Shown here: piece after piece, positions 27,290 to 36,730 of the stretch
Position numbering within the stretch: position 1 is the first letter of the stretch
Layout of the letters: each line of letters opens with the position of its first letter
Assembly (NCBI GenBank): GCA_964617875.1
Contig: CAZUAI010000002.1
Coordinates: forward strand, 59,230-123,229
Direction: 5' to 3'
Length of the DNA: 64,000 nt
DNA from: an uncultured Planctomycetales bacterium
GTDB lineage: Bacteria; Planctomycetota; Phycisphaerae; UBA1845; PWPN01
The notes under the pieces: generated by a model
Seen by the model: the letters and a program-made list of their open reading frames with translations, nothing else
Databases searched by the model: none
Told to the model about the DNA's origin: nothing
Translations under genes and position numbers: made by a program

Positions 27290-29458
27290 ATGTTGATTTC
27301 CGCAGACGTTCCCCCCAGCCGCGCGGGCCGGACGCAGGCGCTGCGCCAGTTCGCCCGCATCCTGGGTTACGTGTGGCCCCAGAAGCGATACCTGTTCCCG
27401 CTCGTTCTGTGCGTCGTCGGGATGGCGATGACGTACTCGCTCAGCATCGGCTCGATTCTGCCCGTTCTCACCGTGATCGTCCGGCCCGAGGGTCTCCACG
27501 GGTGGCTCGACAGCCACGTGGTCAACGAGCGGCTCAAGGCCACGATCACCCCGTACGACCCGCTGCGCGACGTGCGGGAGGGAGACATCGAAAGCGGGAC
27601 AGCCAAGGTCGTCAGCCTGGACCACGATTCACCCCTGGCGGCCGGAGGTGTCCGGCAGGGCGACTTCATCCTCGGCGTGAACGGCGTCACCGGCACGATG
27701 ATGCGGATCAACCCCGTCATCGCCGACCTGGGCACGAACGCGACGCTGACGCTCCTGCTGCACCGTCCCGGCGATCCGTCCGTGCGGTCGCTTGATGTGT
27801 CGGCCGGCAAGCATTCGAAGAACTGGGCGATTGCCCGCCGCATCGTGTCGTACGTCCCGAGCGGAACGCAGCCGAAGGAACGCCTTCGCACGCTGTACTA
27901 CGTCCTGGGCGGACTGCTCACGGTCCTGCTGATCAACAACACGTGCCAGTTCGTCGGGAAGTACCTGACGGACCTTGTCTGCGCCCGCACGGTCATGGAC
28001 ATCCGCCGCCACCTGTACGGCCACGTGCTCAACCTGCCGATGTCGCGGTTCACGCAAAACACGTCGGACATGATGAGCCGCTTCGTGCAGGACGTGCAGC
28101 ACGTCTTCCGGGGGCTGACCAACTTCTTCGAGAAGGCGGTGGCCGAGCCGCTCAAGGCGATCGGCGTGACGTGCGTGGCGCTCTGGCTCCAGCCGAAGGT
28201 GACGCTCGTGGTGCTCATCGCCGCCCCGGTGGCCGGACTCGTCTTCTGGCAGGTCGGCCGCAAGATGCGCAAGGCGAACAGGCGTCTCCTGGCGGCCTAC
28301 GGGCAGATGCTCGGGGCGCTGGAGAGCACGCTGAACGGCATGCGTGTGGTCAAGGGCTACACGCGGGAAGACTACGAGCGCCTGCGGCTCTTCCGCATCG
28401 ACCGGCGGCTGCTGACCCAGCAGCTGCGGCTGGCGTTCTTCGAGGCATTGATCTCGCCCGTGATCGAGCTGATGGCCTTTTTCTGCGCCGCCGGCATCGT
28501 CCTGTGGTTCGCGAGCCAGGTCGTGCACGGCGAGATCGGCGTCGAGGGCTTCCTCACGATGGTGCTCTGTTTCGCGGCGATCTTTCAGCCGGTGCAGAAG
28601 CTCAGCAAGGTCTATCCGCGGATCCAGGAGGCCTCCGCCGCGGGCGAGCGGCTGTTCGAGGTCATCGACAGCCCCAGCGAATACGTCCAGGACCGGACGG
28701 CGGCGGCGCTTCCGCCGATCCGCGACTCGATCGAGTATCGCGGCGTCACGTTCTCCTACCCGGGCGGCGGCCGGCCGGCCCTGCAGAACGTCAGCGTGAA
28801 GATCCGCAAGGGCGAGATCGTCGCCCTCGTCGGCCCCAACGGCTGCGGCAAGACGACGCTGGCCTCCCTCCTCCTGCGGTTCTTCGAGCCGGAGCGGGGC
28901 GAGATCCTCATCGACGGGCAGCCGATCACCGGCGTGAAGCTGCGATCCCTCCGCGGGCAGGTGAGCCTCATCACGCAGGAGACCGTGATCTTCTCCGACA
29001 CCGTGGCCAACAACATCTGGTACGGCCGGCCGGGGGCAACACGCGACGAGGTCATCGCGGCGGCGAAGCGGGCCTTCGCCGACGAGTTCGTCCAGCAGCT
29101 GCCCGAAGGCTACGACACGGTCGTCGGCGAGCACGGGGCGACGCTCTCCGGCGGCCAGCGGCAGCGGATCGCCATCGCCCGCGCGATTCTCCGCGACGCG
29201 CCCATTCTCGTCTTTGACGAAGCGACCAGCCAGATCGATCCCGAGTCCGAGCTGAAGATCCACCAGGCGCTCGATGCCTTCCTCAAGGGCCGCACCGCGA
29301 TCATGATCGCGCACCGCTACAGCACGATCAGCGAGGCCGACCGCATCGTCGTCATGGAGGATGGCGAGATTATCGCGGTCGGCACGCACGACACGCTGCT
29401 CGATTCGTGCGGTCTCTACCGGCGGCTGGTGGAAACACAGTTCCGAGACGCGGTCTGA
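27290..29458 (+). CDS. ABC exporter, fused permease/ATPase (MsbA-like) with a PDZ-like insertion of about 135 aa between TM1 and TM2
   Basis: Walker A GPNGCGKTT, signature LSGGQRQRIAIARA, Walker B ILVFDEATS. The insertion is GTAKVVSLDHDSPLAAGGVRQGDFILGVNGVT...LTLLLHRPGD. Confidence 0.9.
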   Translation: MLISADVPPSRAGRTQALRQFARILGYVWPQKRYLFPLVLCVVGMAMTYSLSIGSILPVLTVIVRPEGLHGWLDSHVVNERLKATITPYDPLRDVREGDIESGTAKVVSLDHDSPLAAGGVRQGDFILGVNGVTGTMMRINPVIADLGTNATLTLLLHRPGDPSVRSLDVSAGKHSKNWAIARRIVSYVPSGTQPKERLRTLYYVLGGLLTVLLINNTCQFVGKYLTDLVCARTVMDIRRHLYGHVLNLPMSRFTQNTSDMMSRFVQDVQHVFRGLTNFFEKAVAEPLKAIGVTCVALWLQPKVTLVVLIAAPVAGLVFWQVGRKMRKANRRLLAAYGQMLGALESTLNGMRVVKGYTREDYERLRLFRIDRRLLTQQLRLAFFEALISPVIELMAFFCAAGIVLWFASQVVHGEIGVEGFLTMVLCFAAIFQPVQKLSKVYPRIQEASAAGERLFEVIDSPSEYVQDRTAAALPPIRDSIEYRGVTFSYPGGGRPALQNVSVKIRKGEIVALVGPNGCGKTTLASLLLRFFEPERGEILIDGQPITGVKLRSLRGQVSLITQETVIFSDTVANNIWYGRPGATRDEVIAAAKRAFADEFVQQLPEGYDTVVGEHGATLSGGQRQRIAIARAILRDAPILVFDEATSQIDPESELKIHQALDAFLKGRTAIMIAHRYSTISEADRIVVMEDGEIIAVGTHDTLLDSCGLYRRLVETQFRDAV

Positions 29459-29619
29459 CGACCGCACGAGTCGCGGTCAGGAAAGGACGTTTCGCCCCGA
29501 GCCCCGGCCGGTTCCGTGGTCCGCGGGCGCGGGGATTACCGACCGGATCGGTGCCGGCCAGGGCGCTCGCGACGGTCAAAGTGGATTGAGAACGCCAGCG
29601 GCGGCGGAGGATACCGCGT

Positions 29620-32600
29620 ATGCCCACTCTTCGCATGACGACGCTGATCTGTGGAATCGCGACGGCCCTGGGAGGCCTCCCGCCGGTTCGGGGCGAGGCG
29701 ACCACGCCACAGAGCGACGATGAGATCGTGGCTCGCTGGACGTTTGATTCGCCGGCCGACGCCGATGCCTGGACGGCGCCCAGCCAGTGCGAGAAGCTCG
29801 GCGTCCATGACGGCGCCCTCCGGCTGAAGCTCACGGGACCGGACGCCTTCGTGTCGGCCCCGGCCGTCAAGGCCCGGATGGATGGCTGCGCGATCCGCGT
29901 GCGGATGCGCTGCGACCGGCGGGGCGTCAGCGAAATCTTCTATGTCACGGACAAGGACCCCGAGTACAGTCCGCGGCAGCGGGTGTTTCTCGAGACGCCG
30001 GCGAGCCGGGATTTCCAGGTCTATGATTTCGTCCTGGGCACGCCGCGCGACACCGATCGGCAGCTGATCGGCTTCCGCATCGACCCGCACAACGACAACA
30101 CGTCCGGCCTCGTCGAGATCGACTCGATCGAGGTGGTACGGCTTGCGCCCGTCTTTGATGTCTGCTTTGCCCCTGCCGACGCGCGGGTGCCGGGCGACAC
30201 GGTCCTGTTGCGACTGTCGGTCAGGCAGACGGCGGGGCGGGCCGTGACATGCGATCTCACGGCCGCCATTGGAGACGCGCCGGCCGTTCCCCTTCGGCCG
30301 GCGGACGGCGGGCGAGAGCGGGTCGCGGAGTCCAGGGTCGGCGTTGCGGGGCCTGGGTATCATCGGTTCACGGCGAGACTGTCGCTCGGCGGCATCTCGT
30401 ACGAGCTGGAGACCGGCGCCTCCAGCCTCGCCGCGGAGCAGCCCGAACGAAAAGCGTTCCTGCAGGGCGATCGACTGCGGATGGAGTTGATTCCGGACGC
30501 CGGCGCCGACCGGCGGTTTTACGCCGGCCGACTCTGGGCGCGAGACGGAAAGGGGGAGTGGGTGGACGCGGGGCTCGTGCAGCCCCTGATGACGCTCGTG
30601 ACGCAGGACGGCACCTCGGTCCGATCGCGTGCCGTGTCGTTCCGGGAGGAGGATTGTACCTCGACCGCGGTGCGGGACCTTTCGGGCGGCGAACCGGACG
30701 CCCCGGCCTCGATTCGCCTGCGGCTGGGACAGAACCAGGGTCGTGAGTTCATCGAGATGCACTCCTGCCTGCGGGCCGGACATCGTCTCGAGGTGCTCCA
30801 GCTCGCCGCGCCGACCCTCCTGGCGGGGCGGCCGGGGATGGATGCAGCCGATCGGTATGGGCTCTTCGGCGGCATCGAGTTCCTGGAGCCCGGCTGGGAG
30901 AGTTCGAGTGCGCGGGCGGTCGGCGAGAAGTTCGCGGAGCGATGGAAGCCGCATGCGCACAAGATCACGATTCCCCTGATGGCGATCGAGCAGAAGGGCC
31001 TCACAACCGCGCTGCTGTGGCAGCCGCTCGACCAGTGGAACGGCGATCGCGACCGGCCGGCCGCGACGTTTGCGTCGCCCAACTTCATCGACCGGCAGCC
31101 GAACCATCTCATGCGGCTGTCCGTACCGGGCGTGTGCGAGCGGAACGAAGAGAACCGCCTCTACCCCGGGACTCCCGTCGCCATCGGCCCGGAGGCCGGG
31201 ATCAGGCTGCGCTGCGTCATCGTCGCCGAGCCGGACACGCCGGTCGCGTCGTTGGCCCGTCGCTGGTACGAGATCTTCGGCGCGCCGGACCCGCCGCCGG
31301 CGCCGCACGACGCCGCGCGCATGCACGAGATCTGCATGCAGAACTACGGCCAGACCCTGTACTGGCCGGAAGACAAGGGGTGGCGTCACCACATGTACCT
31401 GGAGCAGGCGTCGGCGTTCGCGCCGGACGTGGCCGCGGCGCTGCTGAGCCACGCCGCCCGAAGCGGCAATGATCGCTGGGTGAAGGCGACGGGAATTGCC
31501 GGGCGATCGATCATCGACACGCTGGGGCCGCTGGCGTCGCGCGTGGCGCGTCCACCGAACGTTCAAGGCGCCTTGTCGTCACAGCGGCCGGACGGCACGT
31601 GGGCGTTCAAGAACACGCCGCAGATGATCGAGCAGACCCGGAAGCTGACGGACGGAAAGTACGCCGATCTTGGCGAGGACGGGTCCACGAGCCTCGGCAC
31701 GACCGTCATGCCGGCACTGCCCGTGCTCCGCCACGCCCTCCTGACGGGCGATCCGGAATGCGTTGCCGCGGGGCTGAAGGCCCTGGACGCCATGAAGCAG
31801 TTCCGCGTCCCGCGCGGCGCCCAGGTGTGGGAGGTACACCAGCTCGTGCCGGACATCCGGGCTGCGGCGCTGGCCGTCGAGGCCTATCGGCTCGGATACC
31901 AGATCACGCACGACGCGCAGCACCTCGACCAGGCCCAGTACTGGGCGTGGGCCGGCGTGCCGTTCCTGTATTCCTGGCGGGTTCCGGTGGACCGGAAGCC
32001 GGCGCAGATCCAGGTGACGCGAAACAAGACGGACTGGCGCGACCGCGCGATGCGCCCGGCCGCGGAAGGATTCGAGAACCCCCGGCGCGAGATCATGCCG
32101 TATGCCACGATCCCGGTCCTGGGCACGACGTTCTACGTGATCAGCTGGTTCGGCAGCGTGGTGCAGTGGTGCGGGCTCGAATGGGCGTACCAGGTGCTGG
32201 ACCTCGCGGAGTTCCGCGCCGATCCGCTGCTCCGTCAGATCGCCGTGGGCGTCATTCGTTCCGGCCAGCAGCAGATGCTCGATCGCGAGCCCTGGGTCGG
32301 GCTGTACCCGGACGTCTGGGACCTGACGACGAACAGCGCGGTAGGCGCCTACATCGGCGCCAAGCTCCCGCTGGAGTGCCTTCGTGCGATGGGCGACGCA
32401 CCGGCGGACGGCGAGACGTGGTCGCGCGTGGTGGCGGGCCCGGCGGGCAAGCTGCACGTGTCGGGCTGGGGCCGGCTGCGGAGACTGACCGTGGAGGGCT
32501 CGACGCTCGCCGCCGAGGTGGACTTTGCGCCCGGACAGGCGAGCGAGCTGCTCCTTGTGAACGCGGACAAGCCCGTCGAGATCCGCGCGGGCGCGGCGGC

Positions 32601-32712
32601 ACTGGAGGCCGGCATCGGCAACAACCGCTGGCACTACTCGGCGGACCGCCGTGTCGTTGCCGCAAGATTCACGGGACCGACCGCCGTAACGCAGATCCTG
32701 GTTCGCTGGTGA
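29620..32712 (+). CDS. Secreted hypothetical protein (1030 aa)
   Basis: Signal peptide MPTLRMTTLICGIATALGGLPPVRGEA and protein-like composition throughout. No family recognised. The central/C-terminal region may be an alpha/alpha toroid (inference only). Confidence 0.7.
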   Translation: MPTLRMTTLICGIATALGGLPPVRGEATTPQSDDEIVARWTFDSPADADAWTAPSQCEKLGVHDGALRLKLTGPDAFVSAPAVKARMDGCAIRVRMRCDRRGVSEIFYVTDKDPEYSPRQRVFLETPASRDFQVYDFVLGTPRDTDRQLIGFRIDPHNDNTSGLVEIDSIEVVRLAPVFDVCFAPADARVPGDTVLLRLSVRQTAGRAVTCDLTAAIGDAPAVPLRPADGGRERVAESRVGVAGPGYHRFTARLSLGGISYELETGASSLAAEQPERKAFLQGDRLRMELIPDAGADRRFYAGRLWARDGKGEWVDAGLVQPLMTLVTQDGTSVRSRAVSFREEDCTSTAVRDLSGGEPDAPASIRLRLGQNQGREFIEMHSCLRAGHRLEVLQLAAPTLLAGRPGMDAADRYGLFGGIEFLEPGWESSSARAVGEKFAERWKPHAHKITIPLMAIEQKGLTTALLWQPLDQWNGDRDRPAATFASPNFIDRQPNHLMRLSVPGVCERNEENRLYPGTPVAIGPEAGIRLRCVIVAEPDTPVASLARRWYEIFGAPDPPPAPHDAARMHEICMQNYGQTLYWPEDKGWRHHMYLEQASAFAPDVAAALLSHAARSGNDRWVKATGIAGRSIIDTLGPLASRVARPPNVQGALSSQRPDGTWAFKNTPQMIEQTRKLTDGKYADLGEDGSTSLGTTVMPALPVLRHALLTGDPECVAAGLKALDAMKQFRVPRGAQVWEVHQLVPDIRAAALAVEAYRLGYQITHDAQHLDQAQYWAWAGVPFLYSWRVPVDRKPAQIQVTRNKTDWRDRAMRPAAEGFENPRREIMPYATIPVLGTTFYVISWFGSVVQWCGLEWAYQVLDLAEFRADPLLRQIAVGVIRSGQQQMLDREPWVGLYPDVWDLTTNSAVGAYIGAKLPLECLRAMGDAPADGETWSRVVAGPAGKLHVSGWGRLRRLTVEGSTLAAEVDFAPGQASELLLVNADKPVEIRAGAAALEAGIGNNRWHYSADRRVVAARFTGPTAVTQILVRW

Positions 32713-32767
32713 GCAGGGATGACGACGCGCAAGCCGCCGGCCGCAACCGCCGGGGGGAAAGGCCCGC

Positions 32768-33823
32768 TCAGTTTTCGCTGACGAGCGTGCGCCGGATGAA
32801 CTCGGCGCGGGCGATGCTCCGCTGCTCGCCGTCCAGGACGGTTCCGTGCAGCTTCTGCAGGTGGCCCGGTTGCGTGAGGAGGAACAGCCGGTTCAGCTGG
32901 TCGAGCGTCAGGCGGTCGATCCGGCCGAGACTCACGCCCATGCGCAGGTGCGAGAGCAGGAAGAGCGTCTCCTCGCTGCTGACGGCCCGGGCGTTTTCGA
33001 GGAGGCCGTACGCGCGCCAGATCTTGTCGTCGAGGGCGACGGGCTTCTCTCGAACCAGGGTCTGCCGGGCGAGGTTCTCGTACTCGACGATCCTGGGAAT
33101 GACGCGCTCCTTGAACTCGTGGATGATCTCGTCTTCGCTCTTGCCGAGCGTGGTCTGGTTCGAGACCTGGTAGAAGTCGCCGACGGCTTCGGTGCCCTCG
33201 CCGTAGAGCCCGCGGACCGCCAGGTGCATGTCGCGGGCCGCCCGCATGACCTTCTCGAGTTCATTCGTCAGCTTCAGCGCCGGCAGGTGGAGCATGACCG
33301 ACACGCGGATGCCGGTGCCGACGTTGGTCGGGCACGCCGTGAGGTACCCGAGGCGCTTGTGAAACGCGAACTCCATCGACTCTTCGAGCAGCGAATCGAT
33401 CCGGTCGATTTCCCGCCATGCCTCCTCCAGCTGGAAGCCGCCGCGGAGGACCTGAAGCCGGAGGTGATCTTCCTCGTTGATCATGAGAGCGAACTGCTCG
33501 CTCGCCGAAACGATCACACCGCGGCTGCCGTCGGCCTCGGCGTGCTGCCGGCTGATCAGGTGCCGTTCCACGAGAACCTGCCGATCCAGATCGGTGGAGC
33601 GCTCGATGTTGACGTAGAACGTCTGGTTGCCGAGGTCGATGTGGCTGATCGTCGCCCCGAGCGTGTGCTCGATCTCGCTCCGTTGCGCCTCGTTCGCCTT
33701 GCTCAGAAAGGGATACCCGGCCAGGTTCCGCGCGAGCCGCACGCGCGAGGAGAGCACGATATCGCTCATCGGCCCGCCGCTGAGCCATTCGCCGGATCGC
33801 TTGGTCAGGTCGTCGATCGTCAT
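32768..33823 (-). CDS. mcsB: Protein arginine kinase
   Basis: SDIVLSSRVRLARNLAGYPF, NEEDHLRLQVL, GYLTACPTNVGTGIRVSVMLHLPAL and RGLYGEGTEAVGDFYQVSNQTTLGKSE match the McsB/guanidino-kinase pattern closely. Confidence 0.9.
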   Translation of the reverse strand: MTIDDLTKRSGEWLSGGPMSDIVLSSRVRLARNLAGYPFLSKANEAQRSEIEHTLGATISHIDLGNQTFYVNIERSTDLDRQVLVERHLISRQHAEADGSRGVIVSASEQFALMINEEDHLRLQVLRGGFQLEEAWREIDRIDSLLEESMEFAFHKRLGYLTACPTNVGTGIRVSVMLHLPALKLTNELEKVMRAARDMHLAVRGLYGEGTEAVGDFYQVSNQTTLGKSEDEIIHEFKERVIPRIVEYENLARQTLVREKPVALDDKIWRAYGLLENARAVSSEETLFLLSHLRMGVSLGRIDRLTLDQLNRLFLLTQPGHLQKLHGTVLDGEQRSIARAEFIRRTLVSEN

Positions 33824-34305
33824 GCGGACTCCAGCGCCTGAATCTGGTCACGGATGCGCGCCGCCTGCTCGTACTCCTCCCGCTGGACGGCGGCGTTGAG
33901 TTCCCGCCGCAGGCGTGCCATCTCGATCTGCTTCGGCGTGCCCGTGCCCCGCTTTCGCGGCGTCTTGCCGACGTGCTGGGTGCCGCCCTCGTGGGCGTGG
34001 GCGATCATCGACATCAGCGCCGCCTCGAAGACGTCGTAGTCCCTCGGGCAGCCGAGCAGCCCGTGGTTGCGGTACTCGACGAACGTCATTCCGCAATCCG
34101 GACACGTCAGGTTCGCGAGTTCCTGCGCGCCCGCCTTGGACACGAGGAAGCTCGCGAGCAGCTCGTTTAAGGGAACGTGCTGCTTCATCGTAACGCCCTC
34201 CTCGGCGGCGCACTTCTCGCAAAGGTGCTTTTCGCGTTTCTCTGACTTGACGATCTCGGTCAGATGAACCGTCGCCGAGTGCTTCTTGCAACGCTGGCAA
34301 ACCAT
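33820..34305 (-). CDS. mcsA: McsA-like activator of protein arginine kinase (zinc fingers plus UVR motif)
   Basis: MVCQRCKKHSATVHLTE...HLCEKCA, CPDCGMTF...GLLGCP, and C-terminal UVR-like EEYEQAARIRDQIQALE. Its stop overlaps the mcsB ATG (ATGA at 33820-33823). The track start at 34377 would fall inside the predicted promoter. Confidence 0.85.
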   Translation of the reverse strand: MVCQRCKKHSATVHLTEIVKSEKREKHLCEKCAAEEGVTMKQHVPLNELLASFLVSKAGAQELANLTCPDCGMTFVEYRNHGLLGCPRDYDVFEAALMSMIAHAHEGGTQHVGKTPRKRGTGTPKQIEMARLRRELNAAVQREEYEQAARIRDQIQALESA

Positions 34306-34348
34306 GTCTGGCGGTCCCTCAAAGGGGGGCAGTCCTTCGCCCCATCGG

Positions 34349-34377
34349 ATCCTACGTCGCACTTGTTTTATCGTCAA
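34349..34377 (-). promoter_or_regulatory. Sigma70-like promoter for mcsA-mcsB (TTGACG-17 nt-TAGGAT on the minus strand)
   Basis: -35 at 34372-34377 (cgtcaa on plus) and -10 at 34349-34354 (atccta on plus), with spacing counted directly. Confidence 0.5.
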
Positions 34378-34496
34378 GTTGCGTTGTGCGCTGGAGGTAC
34401 GGCGGCATTCCCCGGACAGGACGGGTCGAAAACCCGGACCCCGAGGCCCGGCGCCGCGACCGTGGGCTGACCGCCCGGCCCGCCCGCGAAGAACAG

Positions 34497-34530
34497 CGAA
34501 GGCGCGTCGGCCGAACGCCGCGCGCCTTCG
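34497..34530 (-). terminator. Candidate terminator hairpin after the 181-aa hypothetical gene
   Basis: Perfect 10-bp stem CGAAGGCGCG...CGCGCCTTCG. On the minus strand it is followed by ctgttcttcg, only a weak T-tract. Confidence 0.4.
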
Positions 34531-34563
34531 TCCTGGTTCCGTCGTGCCGGGACCGCCGTCCGC

Positions 34564-35109
34564 CTATCGGTCCACACGTTCGAGGTCGTCTTTGAGAATC
34601 CGCGCCAGCAACTCCCGCGAGCGGTAGTCCAACGACTCGAGGGCGTGCCGGCAGCGATCGATCCGGTCCCGCTCCTCCAGGTAGTTCCGAATGCTCGGCA
34701 CGAGACGCATCGCGTCTTTCAGCAGCCCCCGCAGGTCCGCCACGGAGTTGCGGTCAACCATGGTCATCCGTTTCGCGATCTCGCCGAGGAGCCGGTCGAG
34801 TTCGGCCACCCAGTCCTGGTAGTTGTTCTCCATCGCCAGGTAGCGTTCGGCATCGGATATCAGGAACGCGCGGATCACGTCCCGGTCGGTCGGCCCCAGC
34901 GGTTCACCCTTCTCCAGACGGCGAATCACGGCGCGGGCGTCATCCGCCCACATTCCCTGCTGCATCTCCCGCAGTTCCGTGTCCAGCCGGCTGAGCTGAC
35001 GCTCAACCTGCTCGAACTCCACGGGAGACCCGCCCTGCAGGGCTGCCGCCGCCGTCTCCCGGAGGGACTCGACCGTTTGCTGGATTTCGTCCGTCGCAAC
35101 CGTCGTCAT
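34564..35109 (-). CDS. Hypothetical protein (181 aa, predicted all-helical)
   Basis: The ATG at 35109 is preceded by AAGGAG. Acidic, helical composition. No family recognised. Confidence 0.6.
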   Translation of the reverse strand: MTTVATDEIQQTVESLRETAAAALQGGSPVEFEQVERQLSRLDTELREMQQGMWADDARAVIRRLEKGEPLGPTDRDVIRAFLISDAERYLAMENNYQDWVAELDRLLGEIAKRMTMVDRNSVADLRGLLKDAMRLVPSIRNYLEERDRIDRCRHALESLDYRSRELLARILKDDLERVDR

Positions 35110-35370
35110 CGGCCTGCTCCTTGCGATCGAGATTGTCCGATAATCAGGAAGGTGCCGCGGACGCATACGGCGAGCGGGCTTCCTGCCCTCGTGCATCGTC
35201 AGGACGGTCCGAGGGGTTGAGCTAAACCGGGCGGCGGAAGCACTCTTCGATCAAGCCGCCCTGGCGATCCTTTCGAAGTGCGGCGTCGAGTTTGACGATA
35301 TGTCGCCTGAGCCCGCGCCGGCCGCGTGTGCGCCGCGCGGGCTGCCGTCTTGTTTGCGAAAGGTGAGGAA

Positions 35371-36627
35371 ATGCCGACTGCCACCCTCGACGTCGAGTTT
35401 GCCGCCCCGCCGGAGATCCATCCCGTGCTGCAGCACGTGCTCGCGGACGACACGGCGCCCAGCGAGGCCCTCGACTTCCTGATCCGGTTCGCCACGGATC
35501 GCGGCGCCAACGACCTCTTCTGCGGCGCCCTCTCGGCCGGCCACGTGGTCGAAATGCGGTGCGACGGCGTCATCCAGAAACTCGGCATCGTCCCCGACAA
35601 CTGGGCCGAGCGATTCATCGCGCACACCAAGGTCGCCGCCCAGATGGACCCCGCCGAGCACCGCCGCCCGCAGGACGGCCGCATCGTCGTCAACGCCCTC
35701 GACGGCCCGATCGATGTCCGCATCAACACGCTGCCGACGTTCTACGGCGAGGATCTGGCGCTGCGCATTCTCGCCCCGCGATACCGCCTGATCGACCTGG
35801 AGAACCTGGGCATGTCCAGCCGCTCGATGAGCATCATGGACTGGGTGCTCCGGCAGCCCCACGGGCTGGTGCTCGTCAGCGGCCCGACGGGCAGCGGCAA
35901 GTCCACGACGCTGTATGCGATCCTGCGAAAGCTGAACGACGGCACGCGGAAGATCAACACGATCGAGGACCCCGTCGAGTGCCTTCTGCCGGGCATTCAC
36001 CAGACGCAAGTGAACCCGCGGATCGGCCAGGACTTCAGCGATTTGCTGCCGGCGGTTCTCCGCCAGGATCCGGACGTCATCATGGTGGGCGAGGTGCGGG
36101 ACGCGAACACGGCCACGACGGCGTTGCGGGCGGCGGTGACGGGCCAGGTCGTCCTCGCCACGCTGCACGCCCCGCGTGCCGCGGGGGCGGTCCAGAGCAT
36201 GCTCGGGCTCGGGGCCAACAACCACCTGCTGGCCGCGTCGCTGCGATCGGTCATCGCGCAGGCTCTGTTGCGGAGGGTTTGCGACCGGTGCGCGGAGCCC
36301 CTCGAGACGAAGAACGTGGCCGTTTCGTTCGACGACGTTCAACATCTGCTCGGCCCCGATGCGAAACCATCGCCGCGCCGCGGGCGGGGCTGCGCGGCCT
36401 GCATGGGATCGGGCTACCACGGACTCTTCGGCATCTTCGAACTCATCCGGTGCACGCCGGGCATCAGCGACCTGATCGAGCACGGGGCAACGCCGGACGA
36501 ACTCGAGGCGAAGTCGATCGAGGAGGGCATGACGCCGCTGCGATCGTGGGCGAAGCTCGCCGTGGCGCGGGGCATCACCACGCTGGAAGAGGTCAACCGC
36601 GCAATCGTTCTCGATCCGGGGGCATAG
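35371..36627 (+). CDS. GspE/PilB-family secretion ATPase (second orphan copy)
   Basis: Walker A GPTGSGKSTTLYA, DPDVIMVGEVRD, LATLHA, cysteine motif CDRC...CAAC. Start at the internal ATG (MPTATLDV). Confidence 0.85.
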   Translation: MPTATLDVEFAAPPEIHPVLQHVLADDTAPSEALDFLIRFATDRGANDLFCGALSAGHVVEMRCDGVIQKLGIVPDNWAERFIAHTKVAAQMDPAEHRRPQDGRIVVNALDGPIDVRINTLPTFYGEDLALRILAPRYRLIDLENLGMSSRSMSIMDWVLRQPHGLVLVSGPTGSGKSTTLYAILRKLNDGTRKINTIEDPVECLLPGIHQTQVNPRIGQDFSDLLPAVLRQDPDVIMVGEVRDANTATTALRAAVTGQVVLATLHAPRAAGAVQSMLGLGANNHLLAASLRSVIAQALLRRVCDRCAEPLETKNVAVSFDDVQHLLGPDAKPSPRRGRGCAACMGSGYHGLFGIFELIRCTPGISDLIEHGATPDELEAKSIEEGMTPLRSWAKLAVARGITTLEEVNRAIVLDPGA

Positions 36628-36730
36628 GCATCCGCCGCTCGCGAGGCCCTCGCGGACGGTCACGATCCACGCCATTGCCGATGCGGGCCCCATGATGCGT
36701 CCGGCGAAGACGCTGCCTTCGCCAGGAGTC

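Noticed and set aside
22473-27625. Minus-strand ORFs opposite leuS, the CYTH gene and the isomerase gene (for example 23172..24749, 24780..26048, 25037..27625).
   Set aside because: They are antisense to genes with unambiguous signatures (HIGH/KMSKS and others) and have artefact-like composition.
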